Positions 1-8,795 of a DNA stretch of 32,000 bases are shown piece by piece. Under the pieces are notes generated by a model. It was given only the letters and a program-made list of their open reading frames with translations, ran no database searches and was not told the DNA's origin. Within the stretch, counting starts at the first letter, position 1. Each line of letters opens with the position of its first letter. The stretch is from Synechocystis sp. PCC 6803 substr. PCC-P (GTDB lineage: Bacteria > Cyanobacteriota > Cyanobacteriia > Cyanobacteriales > Microcystaceae). Position numbers and translations under genes: made by a program. The stretch is taken from NCBI RefSeq assembly GCF_000284455.1, contig NC_017039.1, forward strand, positions 2,970,001 to 3,002,000. Direction: 5' to 3'.

Positions 1-42
1 AAACTTCCTACATTCAACACTGTTCCAGATTACCGCTCCACC

Positions 43-1050
43 ATGGCCCTTTCTCCCCTCTCCCGCTTTCAAGCTTCCTTACTCCTGGCCTTGGGGGGAA
101 AAGACTGGGATGAAAACCATCAGAATCAAGCTAATTGCCTCCGATGGGGCCAACCCTGGCAGTACATATTATCCGAGCCTTACCAAACTCCTTTGCCGGA
201 AAGATTTTGGCAAAATGCTTTGTCCCAACAGCCAGCCTTAACTACGGCAGAGTTAGTTAATTGGTTAATTGTTTTAGCTCTTTACCATTACGAAAATCCC
301 TTCGGCTTTAGGCAGGATCTATCCCACTGGTTCCATCTTTGTCAGAATCATTGCCCTGCATGGGTCGGTGGTGACCAGGCCGAGCCCGCCTTATTACTAT
401 GGCAAAGACTACTGACCCTTATCCTGTCGGAAAGATTTGCCATTCACCAGTTGCCAGCCCTACTGAGAGCACCAGCGCAATGGTGGCCAGTTACTCCGGC
501 CCCGGCATTTTCCCCAGAGTTACGCCAGGGCCTAACGGCGATCGCCGCATGTTTAGAAAATTATGTTTCCCCCAGAACCACGGGCCAAACTGCCGATCCC
601 TGGATCCATATGGTTAGCACCGCCATTTATCTCTGGGGTCAAAACCCCGCTCAACCCCGGTTAATTCTTCGCCAACTAGGAATGGCAGAACAATCTGCAT
701 CAAAGGCGATCGCCCTTTCACCCCCGAGGAAAAATCAAGTGAATCACCCTGGCCAGAATCCTTATCCGGGGATTTTGTCCCCCTTAACCCTCGCCCTCGT
801 GGGAGCTTATAATGGTATGCAGATTAGCCAACAAGCTCTAATAACAGACCATCGCTCCACAGTGCGCGCCAACTTTTTGCCCTTAGGACAACAACTTTGG
901 CGGAGATGGTCCGGTCGTCTTAGTGTTGGTTCCGGCCAGGAAAACCCCGCCTTGGCTGTAGCTCCCCCGTTGGGAATGCAACGTCGATCTAGTTTAAAAT
1001 TGGTCTCTCAACAGGAATATGCACAGATCCTCCCCACCCATGGCAATTAA
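43..1050 (+). CDS. Hypothetical protein (335 aa)
   Basis: Long uninterrupted ORF with native-like GC and two internal HIP1 sites (538, 705). I recognise no family motif in the translation. The nested 72-aa ORF at 399..617 is ignored. Confidence 0.6.
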   Translation: MALSPLSRFQASLLLALGGKDWDENHQNQANCLRWGQPWQYILSEPYQTPLPERFWQNALSQQPALTTAELVNWLIVLALYHYENPFGFRQDLSHWFHLCQNHCPAWVGGDQAEPALLLWQRLLTLILSERFAIHQLPALLRAPAQWWPVTPAPAFSPELRQGLTAIAACLENYVSPRTTGQTADPWIHMVSTAIYLWGQNPAQPRLILRQLGMAEQSASKAIALSPPRKNQVNHPGQNPYPGILSPLTLALVGAYNGMQISQQALITDHRSTVRANFLPLGQQLWRRWSGRLSVGSGQENPALAVAPPLGMQRRSSLKLVSQQEYAQILPTHGN

Positions 1051-1095
1051 CTGGACAGCCCAACATTTTCCAGCCGTTGCCCACCCATTGGTGCT

Positions 1096-3531
1096 ATGAA
1101 AGCAATTTTTGCCCTCCGCCAAGCAGTGGCGTCCCAACTAAAAAAGTCCACTGCCTCTAGCCATCCTCTCCCCAGGACCACGGCCTCCACTTCCCAAGAT
1201 GAAACCATTTGGCAAAAAATCCACCGCTCCAGGTTTGTACGCATTGCCCACCCACCAGTGATGTTGGGTATTACAGTGGTGTCCCTCACCGGGGTAGTGG
1301 GTTACCGTTTCTATAACCAGCCCCAGCTCAGCGTTGGCACCGAATCTCCCTACACCATTTACGCCCCGGAAGATGGCAGTTTTGTGGACGAAAGAACCAC
1401 AGAGGAAAAGCGGAAGGAAGTGCGGGCCGGTACCATTCCCCGCCTACAAAGGGATAACGAGTTAACCGCCCAACTCAAACAAGAAAGAAGTCAATATCTG
1501 GATGCCATCAACCAGCTCCGCTACCTAGCCGGTACCTTTCCCTACATAGACACCAAGATTTTTACCCTGGAGCAGCAACATTTACTCCGTAGTCTGGGGC
1601 CAGGGGAATGGCAACAATTGGAAGATTATATTAGCTATGGCCAGCCACTGCCCATGGCTTCACCCCAGTTGGCCAAACTGCAACAGTTATTTGATCAACA
1701 AAAAGCCACCACTTCCCCTGAGACCATGGCGGGCTTACTCACCAGCATCAGGACCGCCCAGGATAGATATGGTCGGGTGACGGCTCGCTTGGCGGAGGTT
1801 AAGGCCGATCGCCAGATTACCAATAACCAGATCGGGGCATTGAAGTTAGACGGGCCCACCTGGCAAACTACCCAACAGACCATTATCCAAGTCCATGACC
1901 GCATTCTCACCCAGGGCCTACCGGCGGGCATCACTGCTCCTCTGTTGGGGGAAACGGTACAACTCCATTTGCGCAACATTTTGCCCCCCCAGGCCCACCA
2001 AGTGGCGGAGAATAGCTTAAATAATTTACTCAAGGATAAATATAATCTGACTGTTGACAAGGAAGCCACCAAAAACTTGGCGGAAAAAGCGGTACTGGCC
2101 ATGGAAAACGTCAAAGTATCCGCCGAGAAAAACAGTGTGATTGTGCGGGCGGGGGAAGTCATTACCCAAGAGCAATTTGTTTTGTTGGACGGTTATGGCC
2201 TGAGTCAGCGCCAGGTGAACTGGCAAGGCCTGTTGCGGACAGCGGGGTTGGTGGGGGGCGCTTTAATTATTTTCTGTGGAGTAAGTCGGCGTATCCATCG
2301 GCCCCTACGGCGGCGGGACCATATTCTCCTCTGTTTGCTCAGCGTTAGCACTCCAGTCTTATTTTTGCTTGACCCGGTCTATAACAACCTGCCGGCCATC
2401 AGTTTGCTCACCAGTAGCTTTTATGGCCCCACCCTGGCCATCACCCAAGTGGTATTGGTGGGGGGATTGTCCGCCTTTGCCATGGAATCCATTGTTTGGG
2501 AATACTTATTGGGCAGTGCAGCGGCGGCCTTGCTAGCGGGTATGATTGCCAGTAAGCTCCGTTCTCGGGATGAGTTGGCCCTGTTGGGGGTAGGGGTAGG
2601 GGCCACCCAGGGCATAGTTTATTTATTCACATATTTAATTGTTAACGCCTCAGCGGTCACAATTATTTGGTACACTGCTCTGCCCAGTGCCATTGTCTAT
2701 GGCCTACTCGGTTTGGCTTGGAGTGCCATGGCGATCGGGGTTTCCCCTTACCTAGAAAGATTGTTCGACGTGGTGACCCCCACCAGGTTGGTGGAATTGA
2801 GCAATCCCAACTGCCCCCTGCTACAAAGGTTGGCCAAAGAAGCCCCTGGTACTTTCCAGCACACCCTATTTGTGGCCTGTTTAGCTGAATCGGCGGCCAG
2901 GGAATTGCGCTGTAACGTTGAACTGGTGAGAACCGGAACTTTGTACCATGACATTGGCAAAATGCACGACCCCTTAGGATTCATTGAAAATCAGATGGGG
3001 GGCCCTAATAAACACGATGAAATCAATGATCCCTACGTCAGTGTGGACATTATCAAAAAACACGTTTCCGAAGGGTTGGTGATGGCCCGACGTTACGGTT
3101 TACCGCAGGTGGTGCGGGACTTTATTCCTGAACATCAGGGACAAATGTTGATTTCCTATTTTTATATCCAAGCCAAGGAAGCGGCGGAAAGGGCGGGGGA
3201 ACCGCCAGTTAATGAAGAGGAATTCCGTTACACCGGTCCCATTCCCCAGTCTCGGGAAACCGGCATTGTGATGCTGGCGGACAGTTGTGAGGCGGCGTTG
3301 CGTTCCCTCAGAGAAGCCAATCCAGAAACCGCCATGGCCATGGTTAACCGTATTTTTAAGGCCCGCTGGCGAGATAACCAATTGCAGGATAGTGGCTTGA
3401 AATACGAAGAATTGCCCATTATTGCCGATGTTTTCGTACGGGTGTGGCAACAGTTCCATCACCAACGGATTGCCTACCCCAAGGCGGCCTTAGATGTGCA
3501 GGTAACTAGTCCTTCCACCACCAGATTTTAG
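1096..3531 (+). CDS. 7TM receptor with intracellular HD-domain hydrolase (PgpH/YqfF-like, 811 aa)
   Basis: N-terminal membrane anchor (PPVMLGITVVSLTGVVGY), then a long soluble Q-rich region and a block of multiple hydrophobic helices (aa ~385-560). The C-terminal HD domain has FQH...LYHDIGK and downstream EHQG/ADSCEA motifs. This architecture matches the 7TMR-HD family. Confidence 0.85.
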   Translation: MKAIFALRQAVASQLKKSTASSHPLPRTTASTSQDETIWQKIHRSRFVRIAHPPVMLGITVVSLTGVVGYRFYNQPQLSVGTESPYTIYAPEDGSFVDERTTEEKRKEVRAGTIPRLQRDNELTAQLKQERSQYLDAINQLRYLAGTFPYIDTKIFTLEQQHLLRSLGPGEWQQLEDYISYGQPLPMASPQLAKLQQLFDQQKATTSPETMAGLLTSIRTAQDRYGRVTARLAEVKADRQITNNQIGALKLDGPTWQTTQQTIIQVHDRILTQGLPAGITAPLLGETVQLHLRNILPPQAHQVAENSLNNLLKDKYNLTVDKEATKNLAEKAVLAMENVKVSAEKNSVIVRAGEVITQEQFVLLDGYGLSQRQVNWQGLLRTAGLVGGALIIFCGVSRRIHRPLRRRDHILLCLLSVSTPVLFLLDPVYNNLPAISLLTSSFYGPTLAITQVVLVGGLSAFAMESIVWEYLLGSAAAALLAGMIASKLRSRDELALLGVGVGATQGIVYLFTYLIVNASAVTIIWYTALPSAIVYGLLGLAWSAMAIGVSPYLERLFDVVTPTRLVELSNPNCPLLQRLAKEAPGTFQHTLFVACLAESAARELRCNVELVRTGTLYHDIGKMHDPLGFIENQMGGPNKHDEINDPYVSVDIIKKHVSEGLVMARRYGLPQVVRDFIPEHQGQMLISYFYIQAKEAAERAGEPPVNEEEFRYTGPIPQSRETGIVMLADSCEAALRSLREANPETAMAMVNRIFKARWRDNQLQDSGLKYEELPIIADVFVRVWQQFHHQRIAYPKAALDVQVTSPSTTRF

Positions 3532-3568
3532 GCGGAACTCAAGTTGGGAAAGCCCTAGGATATCTGTA

Positions 3569-4840
3569 TTAATGCTCTGATGGCGCAGAGGGCGGTTGGA
3601 GAGTGGTTTTGCTGACCATGCGGGTCTTTTTGCGATCGCCTTCGGATAAATCTTCCCCGGATTGAAGTCTGGTGGCATTGGTTTGCAAAATAGTAGCGCC
3701 ATTTTTATCGCCCATTTGTAGGGCGGTTTTGGCGGCGGTTTGCAGCATGGTGGCCGCCCCTTGGCGATCGCCGGCTTTGAGCTTAGTTTCAGCGATTTGG
3801 GTCTGACGATATTTAGCCAGGGTGAGAATGGATTCCTGCACTTGGACATCGGTGCTGGGTTGGTACTGGGTTTGCACCTGAATGGTCAAGGGTAACGGGT
3901 CGGACAGCAGATTGGTTTGCCCAGAAGCAGGGTCATCGTAACGAATTTGCACTTGGCCAATGACGTGTTGCCCCGGCAGTAATTGGTCTAGGTAAAGGTT
4001 GAGCAGTAAGACCCTTTCTTGGTCGGTCATCAAATCTCCTAGACGCACTTCCTCAATTGCTCCCTGGTTTTGCACGGTTAAATCCATGGTTTCCGGCGAT
4101 ACCTGGGCCACGGGCTTGACGATGGCAAGATGGGCTTGGGGCGCTAATTCCAGCAGGAGATGGGCGTTGGTTAACCCGACATTGCTCATGCGTTGGAACA
4201 GTTGGCGAAAGGTATGCAACGCTTCGCTGGGATTTTCGATATAACTCAAACTGCCCTGGGCCGAAGCGGCGATCGCCTCCAGCACATCCTGATTCCAATG
4301 GTCGCCAAAACCAAGGGTATGAACCGTGAGCTTATAGTCCGATGCCACCGTGCCAAGTTTCAGGCAACGGTCATTATCCCCATGCTCATTTTCCCCATCG
4401 GTGAGCAGAAAAATATGGGAAACCCGGTCTTCCTTACCTTTAGCCGCTTCCTGAATGCCCAGTTTCAACCCCTCATCAATGGCGGTGCCCCCTTCCGCTT
4501 TTAACCTTTCAATGGCTTTGGCGATCGCCGCCCCGTTCCGCACCTGTTGATTTTCAATGACAATTTTGGCCCGGTGGTCGAAGGCAATGACCGAAAGGCG
4601 ATCATCTTCCTCCAGGCGATCGATCAACCCCAAGGCCGCACTTTTAACCGTTTCTAAAGGCTGACCATCCATAGAGCCACTGTGGTCCAATACTAAGCAC
4701 AAATTCAAAGGCAACCGGCGATCATGGTCATCCGCTTTGGCCGCCACGGCTATCCGCAACTGCCGCTGACTGGTAGGGGCCCCAGCATCCAAATTTTGGT
4801 CACTTAAAAGCAAGGAAAGGTCGATACGCATGGGGAGCAA
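3569..4840 (-). CDS. von Willebrand factor type A (vWA) domain protein, MIDAS intact (423 aa)
   Basis: MIDAS DxSxS motif in LVLDHSGSMDG, followed by GGTAIDEG and FLLTDGENEHG. The C-terminal half (~200 aa) has no motif I recognise. Co-oriented with the upstream raf1 gene across a 73-nt gap. Confidence 0.85.
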   Translation of the reverse strand: MLPMRIDLSLLLSDQNLDAGAPTSQRQLRIAVAAKADDHDRRLPLNLCLVLDHSGSMDGQPLETVKSAALGLIDRLEEDDRLSVIAFDHRAKIVIENQQVRNGAAIAKAIERLKAEGGTAIDEGLKLGIQEAAKGKEDRVSHIFLLTDGENEHGDNDRCLKLGTVASDYKLTVHTLGFGDHWNQDVLEAIAASAQGSLSYIENPSEALHTFRQLFQRMSNVGLTNAHLLLELAPQAHLAIVKPVAQVSPETMDLTVQNQGAIEEVRLGDLMTDQERVLLLNLYLDQLLPGQHVIGQVQIRYDDPASGQTNLLSDPLPLTIQVQTQYQPSTDVQVQESILTLAKYRQTQIAETKLKAGDRQGAATMLQTAAKTALQMGDKNGATILQTNATRLQSGEDLSEGDRKKTRMVSKTTLQPPSAPSEH

Positions 4841-4913
4841 CTCAAACTTTTTCCTTTAGCTTACTCCAAGATTTTTGCCCCTGGGATTTTCCACCGATGA
4901 GCAAACCGCCAAT

Positions 4914-5990
4914 CTAATCATCCATTTGCCATGGTTCCCGCAGGTTGTTGGCATCGAAAATCTTCTTCGGTCGGAGCACCAACACCACCTGGGCTAAAAT
5001 CTCCCTTTCTGGCTCTGTTTCGCACCATTGAATTGCTACTGTTTCTCCTTGGTTGAGCAGAAAATAACTGCCATCATTCCAAATTTTTTTGCTGCGATCC
5101 ACCACCACCAAAACCTGTTCATCCTTACGGGCTAGGGATTCCGACACTTGCCCTGCCGGACAAAAAATCGCCACCGGATCTTCCGCGGTCAAAATTGCTT
5201 GCCACTGGGGCACCGGCACCACCGCCCCTTCCCCTTGGTAACTAACTAAACCAAAAGGTTCCACCTGTTCTAAAGACTGCACTGCCTGCACCGCCTGGGG
5301 CTGGAGGGGAAAAGTCCCCGCCACTGGAATGAGTCGGGCCGCTTCCTGGTCTTCTTCGAGGCGAAACACCGGCACTAAGGGAGCTTTCCGGCTAGGCTGG
5401 GCGGTTAAATCAGTCAGTAATTTTTCGATCGCCTGACGGGCGTTGGGGGAATGGGCGAATTTTAATCCTTTGACAATTAAACGGGTTCTTTCCGGCAAAT
5501 TCTTTTTCTGCCGGGCTAATTTCCAACATTGATAGGCCAATGCGTCCCCAGGATGGTCGGTAAAACCTTCTGGCAGTTGGGACAGGTAACCAAATTCCTG
5601 AAATGCCTTAGCCAATTCCTTCGCTTCATCGGCAGCCAAATTCTTCTGCTGGGCCTCCACTGCGGCGATCGCCCGTTGTTGATGGTTGAGGATGCGTAGT
5701 TCGTACAGCACGTCACTTTTGGGACCCCGATAATAGGATAGTACCGTTTCATCGATGCCTTGCTTGACCAGACTTTCATACACTTGACTAGCCACAATCA
5801 CCAAATTTTGTTGCACTTTTTGGAAGCCGGACTGCTCAAAAATTTCTTCAGCACCGTAACCTGCCTTCTGTAATTGCTGACATTTTTTACCCCAATCTAC
5901 CCAAGTGCCCTCTTTATGCAACAGGGAACGGATCAGTTCAGCGGCTTCGGCGGCGCTCACAGTAGGGTTGGATTCAGGGGAATGGGTCAT
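4914..5990 (-). CDS. raf1: RuBisCO accumulation factor 1 (Raf1)-like protein (358 aa)
   Basis: Size and an N-terminal helical region (AAELIRSLLHKEGTWVDWGKKCQQLQKAGY...) followed by a beta-rich C-terminal half match my recollection of cyanobacterial Raf1. The identification comes from memory of the family, not from an alignment. Confidence 0.7.
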   Translation of the reverse strand: MTHSPESNPTVSAAEAAELIRSLLHKEGTWVDWGKKCQQLQKAGYGAEEIFEQSGFQKVQQNLVIVASQVYESLVKQGIDETVLSYYRGPKSDVLYELRILNHQQRAIAAVEAQQKNLAADEAKELAKAFQEFGYLSQLPEGFTDHPGDALAYQCWKLARQKKNLPERTRLIVKGLKFAHSPNARQAIEKLLTDLTAQPSRKAPLVPVFRLEEDQEAARLIPVAGTFPLQPQAVQAVQSLEQVEPFGLVSYQGEGAVVPVPQWQAILTAEDPVAIFCPAGQVSESLARKDEQVLVVVDRSKKIWNDGSYFLLNQGETVAIQWCETEPEREILAQVVLVLRPKKIFDANNLREPWQMDD

Positions 5991-6335
5991 CGTTGGCTAA
6001 AAATCTAGGCAATTAAACTACTCTACTTTCATTATCCTGCGTACCAGTAACGTTAAATCTATACATAAAACTTAACATTCTGCTGGCATCGCTATGGAAA
6101 CCCTGACCGTAGCCGAGGTGAAATCTCCCCAGCTCTAAAAATAAACTTATAATTTACAAGTTTTTATAGTCTTTTTGAGTTACTATGATTTCGAAACTTA
6201 TGAATGATTATGCGAATTAGCCCGGGATGTGGATTTGGCAGGATTTTTCCTTCAGCTTCTCTGGTAAGTTACAAAGAACTATTTTTGATGCTAACAATAG
6301 CCTCAATCACCTAGCCCTGACACCCAATTAGTACA

Positions 6336-7724
6336 ATGTCTGATTCGTCTCTGAAACAAGCCCTATTGAATCTTCCACCAATGGCCTATGAGGCTGACAT
6401 AGTAGGGCGTCTGGTTATTCCCGAAATGATGGCTAAGTGGAACTTTTCCTATTCAGATGGCGAAATCGTACAACAATATAAAGTTGGAAATGGCTTACAA
6501 TTCGTTGATGTTGCAGGTAGAAAAAATTACGGCGATGATATCTTTTCCCACACACTGAATGGGGCAGAAATAATTGTTGAAATTAAACGTAACACAATAG
6601 ACTTAAGTTCAGATAGTAAGAACTATCTGGCGGCGGTTGCCCAATTGAAAAGATATTTGGACCCCAGCGCAGCTAATTGCGAAAAAGTAAAGTGGGGAGT
6701 AATCACGAACGGGAAGCATATTCAGCTTTTTCGTCGCCACGGTAGAACGGTTTATCCTTTCACAACTAACATTGAGTTAACCCCAGATAATATCGATGAA
6801 GCAGTTGGTCTAATTGGTAAATATATGGAAAGTGACCACCGAGCTTTAAAGATTGCTTTATACAATAATAAGGGCGGGGTCGGAAAAACTACAACAGCTA
6901 TTAATTTAGCGGCAACTCTTTGCATTCCTAAGCCTGAAGGTTATGCAAAAAGGGTTTTATTAGTTGATTTTGATCCAAATCAAAAAGATTTGACTGATTT
7001 ACTCAAAATAAAACCAAGCAGAATAAGATTGTCTCAATATCTTGAAGACGTTAAGAACAATAAATCCAACAAGCAAGGTATTATTTCCAAATATGAAATT
7101 AAACTAAAAAACTCGAAAGTTTATAACTGCTTTGATGTTATTCCCGCTGATGAAAGTTTTTTGGGTAAATCTTCCCATGAATTGATGAAAGTTAAAAAAG
7201 GTAGTTTACGGGAAACCCTTTCTCAATTTGCCGATGATTACGATTATATTCTGATTGATGCTCCACCGGGGGATAATTACTTTACCCAAGAGGCAATTAC
7301 TGCCGCTGATGTCATTTTAATGCCTTCAAAACATAACAGTATTAGCTCTTTTAAAAATGCCGCAATGGCCATGAAACAAATTTTGCCCCAACTAGGTAGT
7401 GAAAGAAGGGCATTTAATCCGGAATTAGCAGATCCAACACCATTACCAATCTTTTTCAATGGTGAAAATATAACGGATGCATCAAGGAAACAAGCTGAAC
7501 AGGCAATTCAGGAAATAATTGAAACAGTTAAATTGGAAGACCAAATTGATTTAACCAGTTTTTTCTTCCCTAAGTTAACAGATGCCCAAGAAGATAAAGC
7601 AATTTTTACAATTCCTAATTATGCCTATATTTCATCTATAGCATTTTCCTATCGTCCGGCTGTGTTTACCAGCAAAGTTGCTCGTGGTCATTACAAACTA
7701 TTAATCGAGGAATACTTTATCTAA
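6336..7724 (+). CDS. Fusion protein: N-terminal PD-(D/E)xK / HsdR-N-like nuclease-fold domain + C-terminal ParA/MinD-family deviant Walker A ATPase (462 aa)
   Basis: aa 1-170 follow the pattern of the type I restriction R-subunit N-terminal domain: EADIVGRLVIPEMM, FVD58V, IIVE82IK84R, AQLKRYL and WGVITNGKHIQLF. aa 171-462 are ParA-like, with KIALYNNK179GGVGK184TTTAINLA (deviant Walker A), LLVDFDPNQ (A') and YILID308APPG (Walker B). The gene lies in the AT-rich insert. Confidence 0.85.
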   Translation: MSDSSLKQALLNLPPMAYEADIVGRLVIPEMMAKWNFSYSDGEIVQQYKVGNGLQFVDVAGRKNYGDDIFSHTLNGAEIIVEIKRNTIDLSSDSKNYLAAVAQLKRYLDPSAANCEKVKWGVITNGKHIQLFRRHGRTVYPFTTNIELTPDNIDEAVGLIGKYMESDHRALKIALYNNKGGVGKTTTAINLAATLCIPKPEGYAKRVLLVDFDPNQKDLTDLLKIKPSRIRLSQYLEDVKNNKSNKQGIISKYEIKLKNSKVYNCFDVIPADESFLGKSSHELMKVKKGSLRETLSQFADDYDYILIDAPPGDNYFTQEAITAADVILMPSKHNSISSFKNAAMAMKQILPQLGSERRAFNPELADPTPLPIFFNGENITDASRKQAEQAIQEIIETVKLEDQIDLTSFFFPKLTDAQEDKAIFTIPNYAYISSIAFSYRPAVFTSKVARGHYKLLIEEYFI

Positions 7725-8428
7725 TGAAACAAGAAATTGGCGCTCTACTGCATCTTCACGTTGACGAAATTGAACCACTCTTTGCAACAAAATCACATCA
7801 GTTTTTAGTCGCCAAAGCAGCTGAATCAATTAATCTTTGTGGTGGAAGAAATTGGATTCCTTTAGTTGTTAAACAAACGGGAGAAAGTAGTTTTGTCGCT
7901 GTTGCTAATATCTTCACTTTGGCGGCAGTAAGACAAGCAGGGCTTACAAAAATTTGGTGTATCGTTGCCGATGATGATCAGTTTGTACAACAATCTTCCC
8001 AACTTTTAAGCAAGGAAATTGTGCCCAAAGTAAACTTAACAACGGCAACTAGAGATGAAATTAAACTTGCCCTTGACTATTTAATTAATCGTTCGGTTAA
8101 TCCTTTATCTGGAGTAAAAGTTGCTACTTCACTGGATAAAATATCTAATGCTGAACGTAAATATTGGCAAGAAAGTCTCAAGGATGTTGTTGCTCTTAAA
8201 TGTGGTATAACCAATGGCAAAAAATTAGATATATTCAAGGAAATTTTCTATGTTACTCCTGAACCTCGTCTAATTTCTGATGATGATTTGGGGAAATCAG
8301 GGAATGACTTGAAAAAATTAAGTGTGACTGGACTCAGAAAAATTGCTAAAGAGAGAGGACACTCCGGTTATTCCAAGATGAAAAAAGCTGAACTGCTAAT
8401 TTTATTAGCTGATACTGAGGAATCATAG
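7724..8428 (+). CDS. ParB/Srx-fold-like protein (degenerate, no GxxR box) with C-terminal Rho_N/SAP-like helix-extended-helix (234 aa)
   Basis: The start ATG overlaps the upstream TAA stop (TAATG at 7722-7726). The N-terminal VDEIEP...GGRNWIPLVV...FVAVANIFTLAAVRQAGLTKIWCIV follows the ParB N-domain pattern, but ANIFT occupies the place of G-x-x-R. The C-terminal LKKLSVTGLRKIAKERGHSGYSKMKKAELLILL resembles Rho_N. Confidence 0.7.
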   Translation: MKQEIGALLHLHVDEIEPLFATKSHQFLVAKAAESINLCGGRNWIPLVVKQTGESSFVAVANIFTLAAVRQAGLTKIWCIVADDDQFVQQSSQLLSKEIVPKVNLTTATRDEIKLALDYLINRSVNPLSGVKVATSLDKISNAERKYWQESLKDVVALKCGITNGKKLDIFKEIFYVTPEPRLISDDDLGKSGNDLKKLSVTGLRKIAKERGHSGYSKMKKAELLILLADTEES

Positions 8429-8486
8429 CTGACTAATAGATTATAAGGCAATTTTACTATCCATATTCTTGGGAGTAACTCTCAGC

Positions 8487-8795
8487 TTATTCTAGTACTT
8501 GGAGTTGTGATTGATCACGGTGCATCAACTCCACTAAACCCGACCAAACCATAAAGTCTGCTTCATCGTTCAAAATTCCGCGGAAAAATTGCTCATAGAA
8601 TAACTCCGACGACATTTGATATTTTTTTTCAAACTCATCTAGTTCAATTCTCAAATTCAAAATCCCCCGTTGCAGTTCTTGAATCTGGTAATTAATAACA
8701 CTTTGGGCGAATCTTTCATTATCAATGCCACTGCTGAGAATAGTCTTAAGTTTTTGTTCCGTATCTGGTTGTAACGAGAGTTTTATGTCTAGCAT
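8487..8795 (-). CDS. Small helical hypothetical protein (102 aa), antitoxin-like flavour
   Basis: AT-rich ORF convergent with the ParB-like gene and 41 nt downstream of the amidohydrolase gene on the same strand. The segment FEKKYQMSSELFYEQFFRGILNDEADFMVW resembles small cyanobacterial proteins I recall seeing next to toxin genes. No partner toxin is present here. Confidence 0.5.
   Translation of the reverse strand: MLDIKLSLQPDTEQKLKTILSSGIDNERFAQSVINYQIQELQRGILNLRIELDEFEKKYQMSSELFYEQFFRGILNDEADFMVWSGLVELMHRDQSQLQVLE

Noticed and set aside
399-617. A 72-aa ORF nested in another frame of the 335-aa ORF. The track lists many similar short nested or antisense ORFs, for example 1047..1289, 1695..2162, 3100..3465, 3490..3849, 9176..9544, 17924..18232, 19410..19679, 24714..25034 and 27101..27421.
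   Set aside because: All are embedded in or opposite long ORFs that have clear family motifs. Their translations are low-complexity or Pro/Gly/Arg-rich, as expected from off-frame reading of GC-balanced coding DNA, and none has independent support.
6094-6138. A 14-codon mini-ORF (METLTVAEVKSPQL) in the raf1 / ParA-fusion intergenic region.
   Set aside because: It is too short, has no obvious Shine-Dalgarno, and is indistinguishable from chance. It is noted only because this short stretch is more GC-rich than its surroundings.
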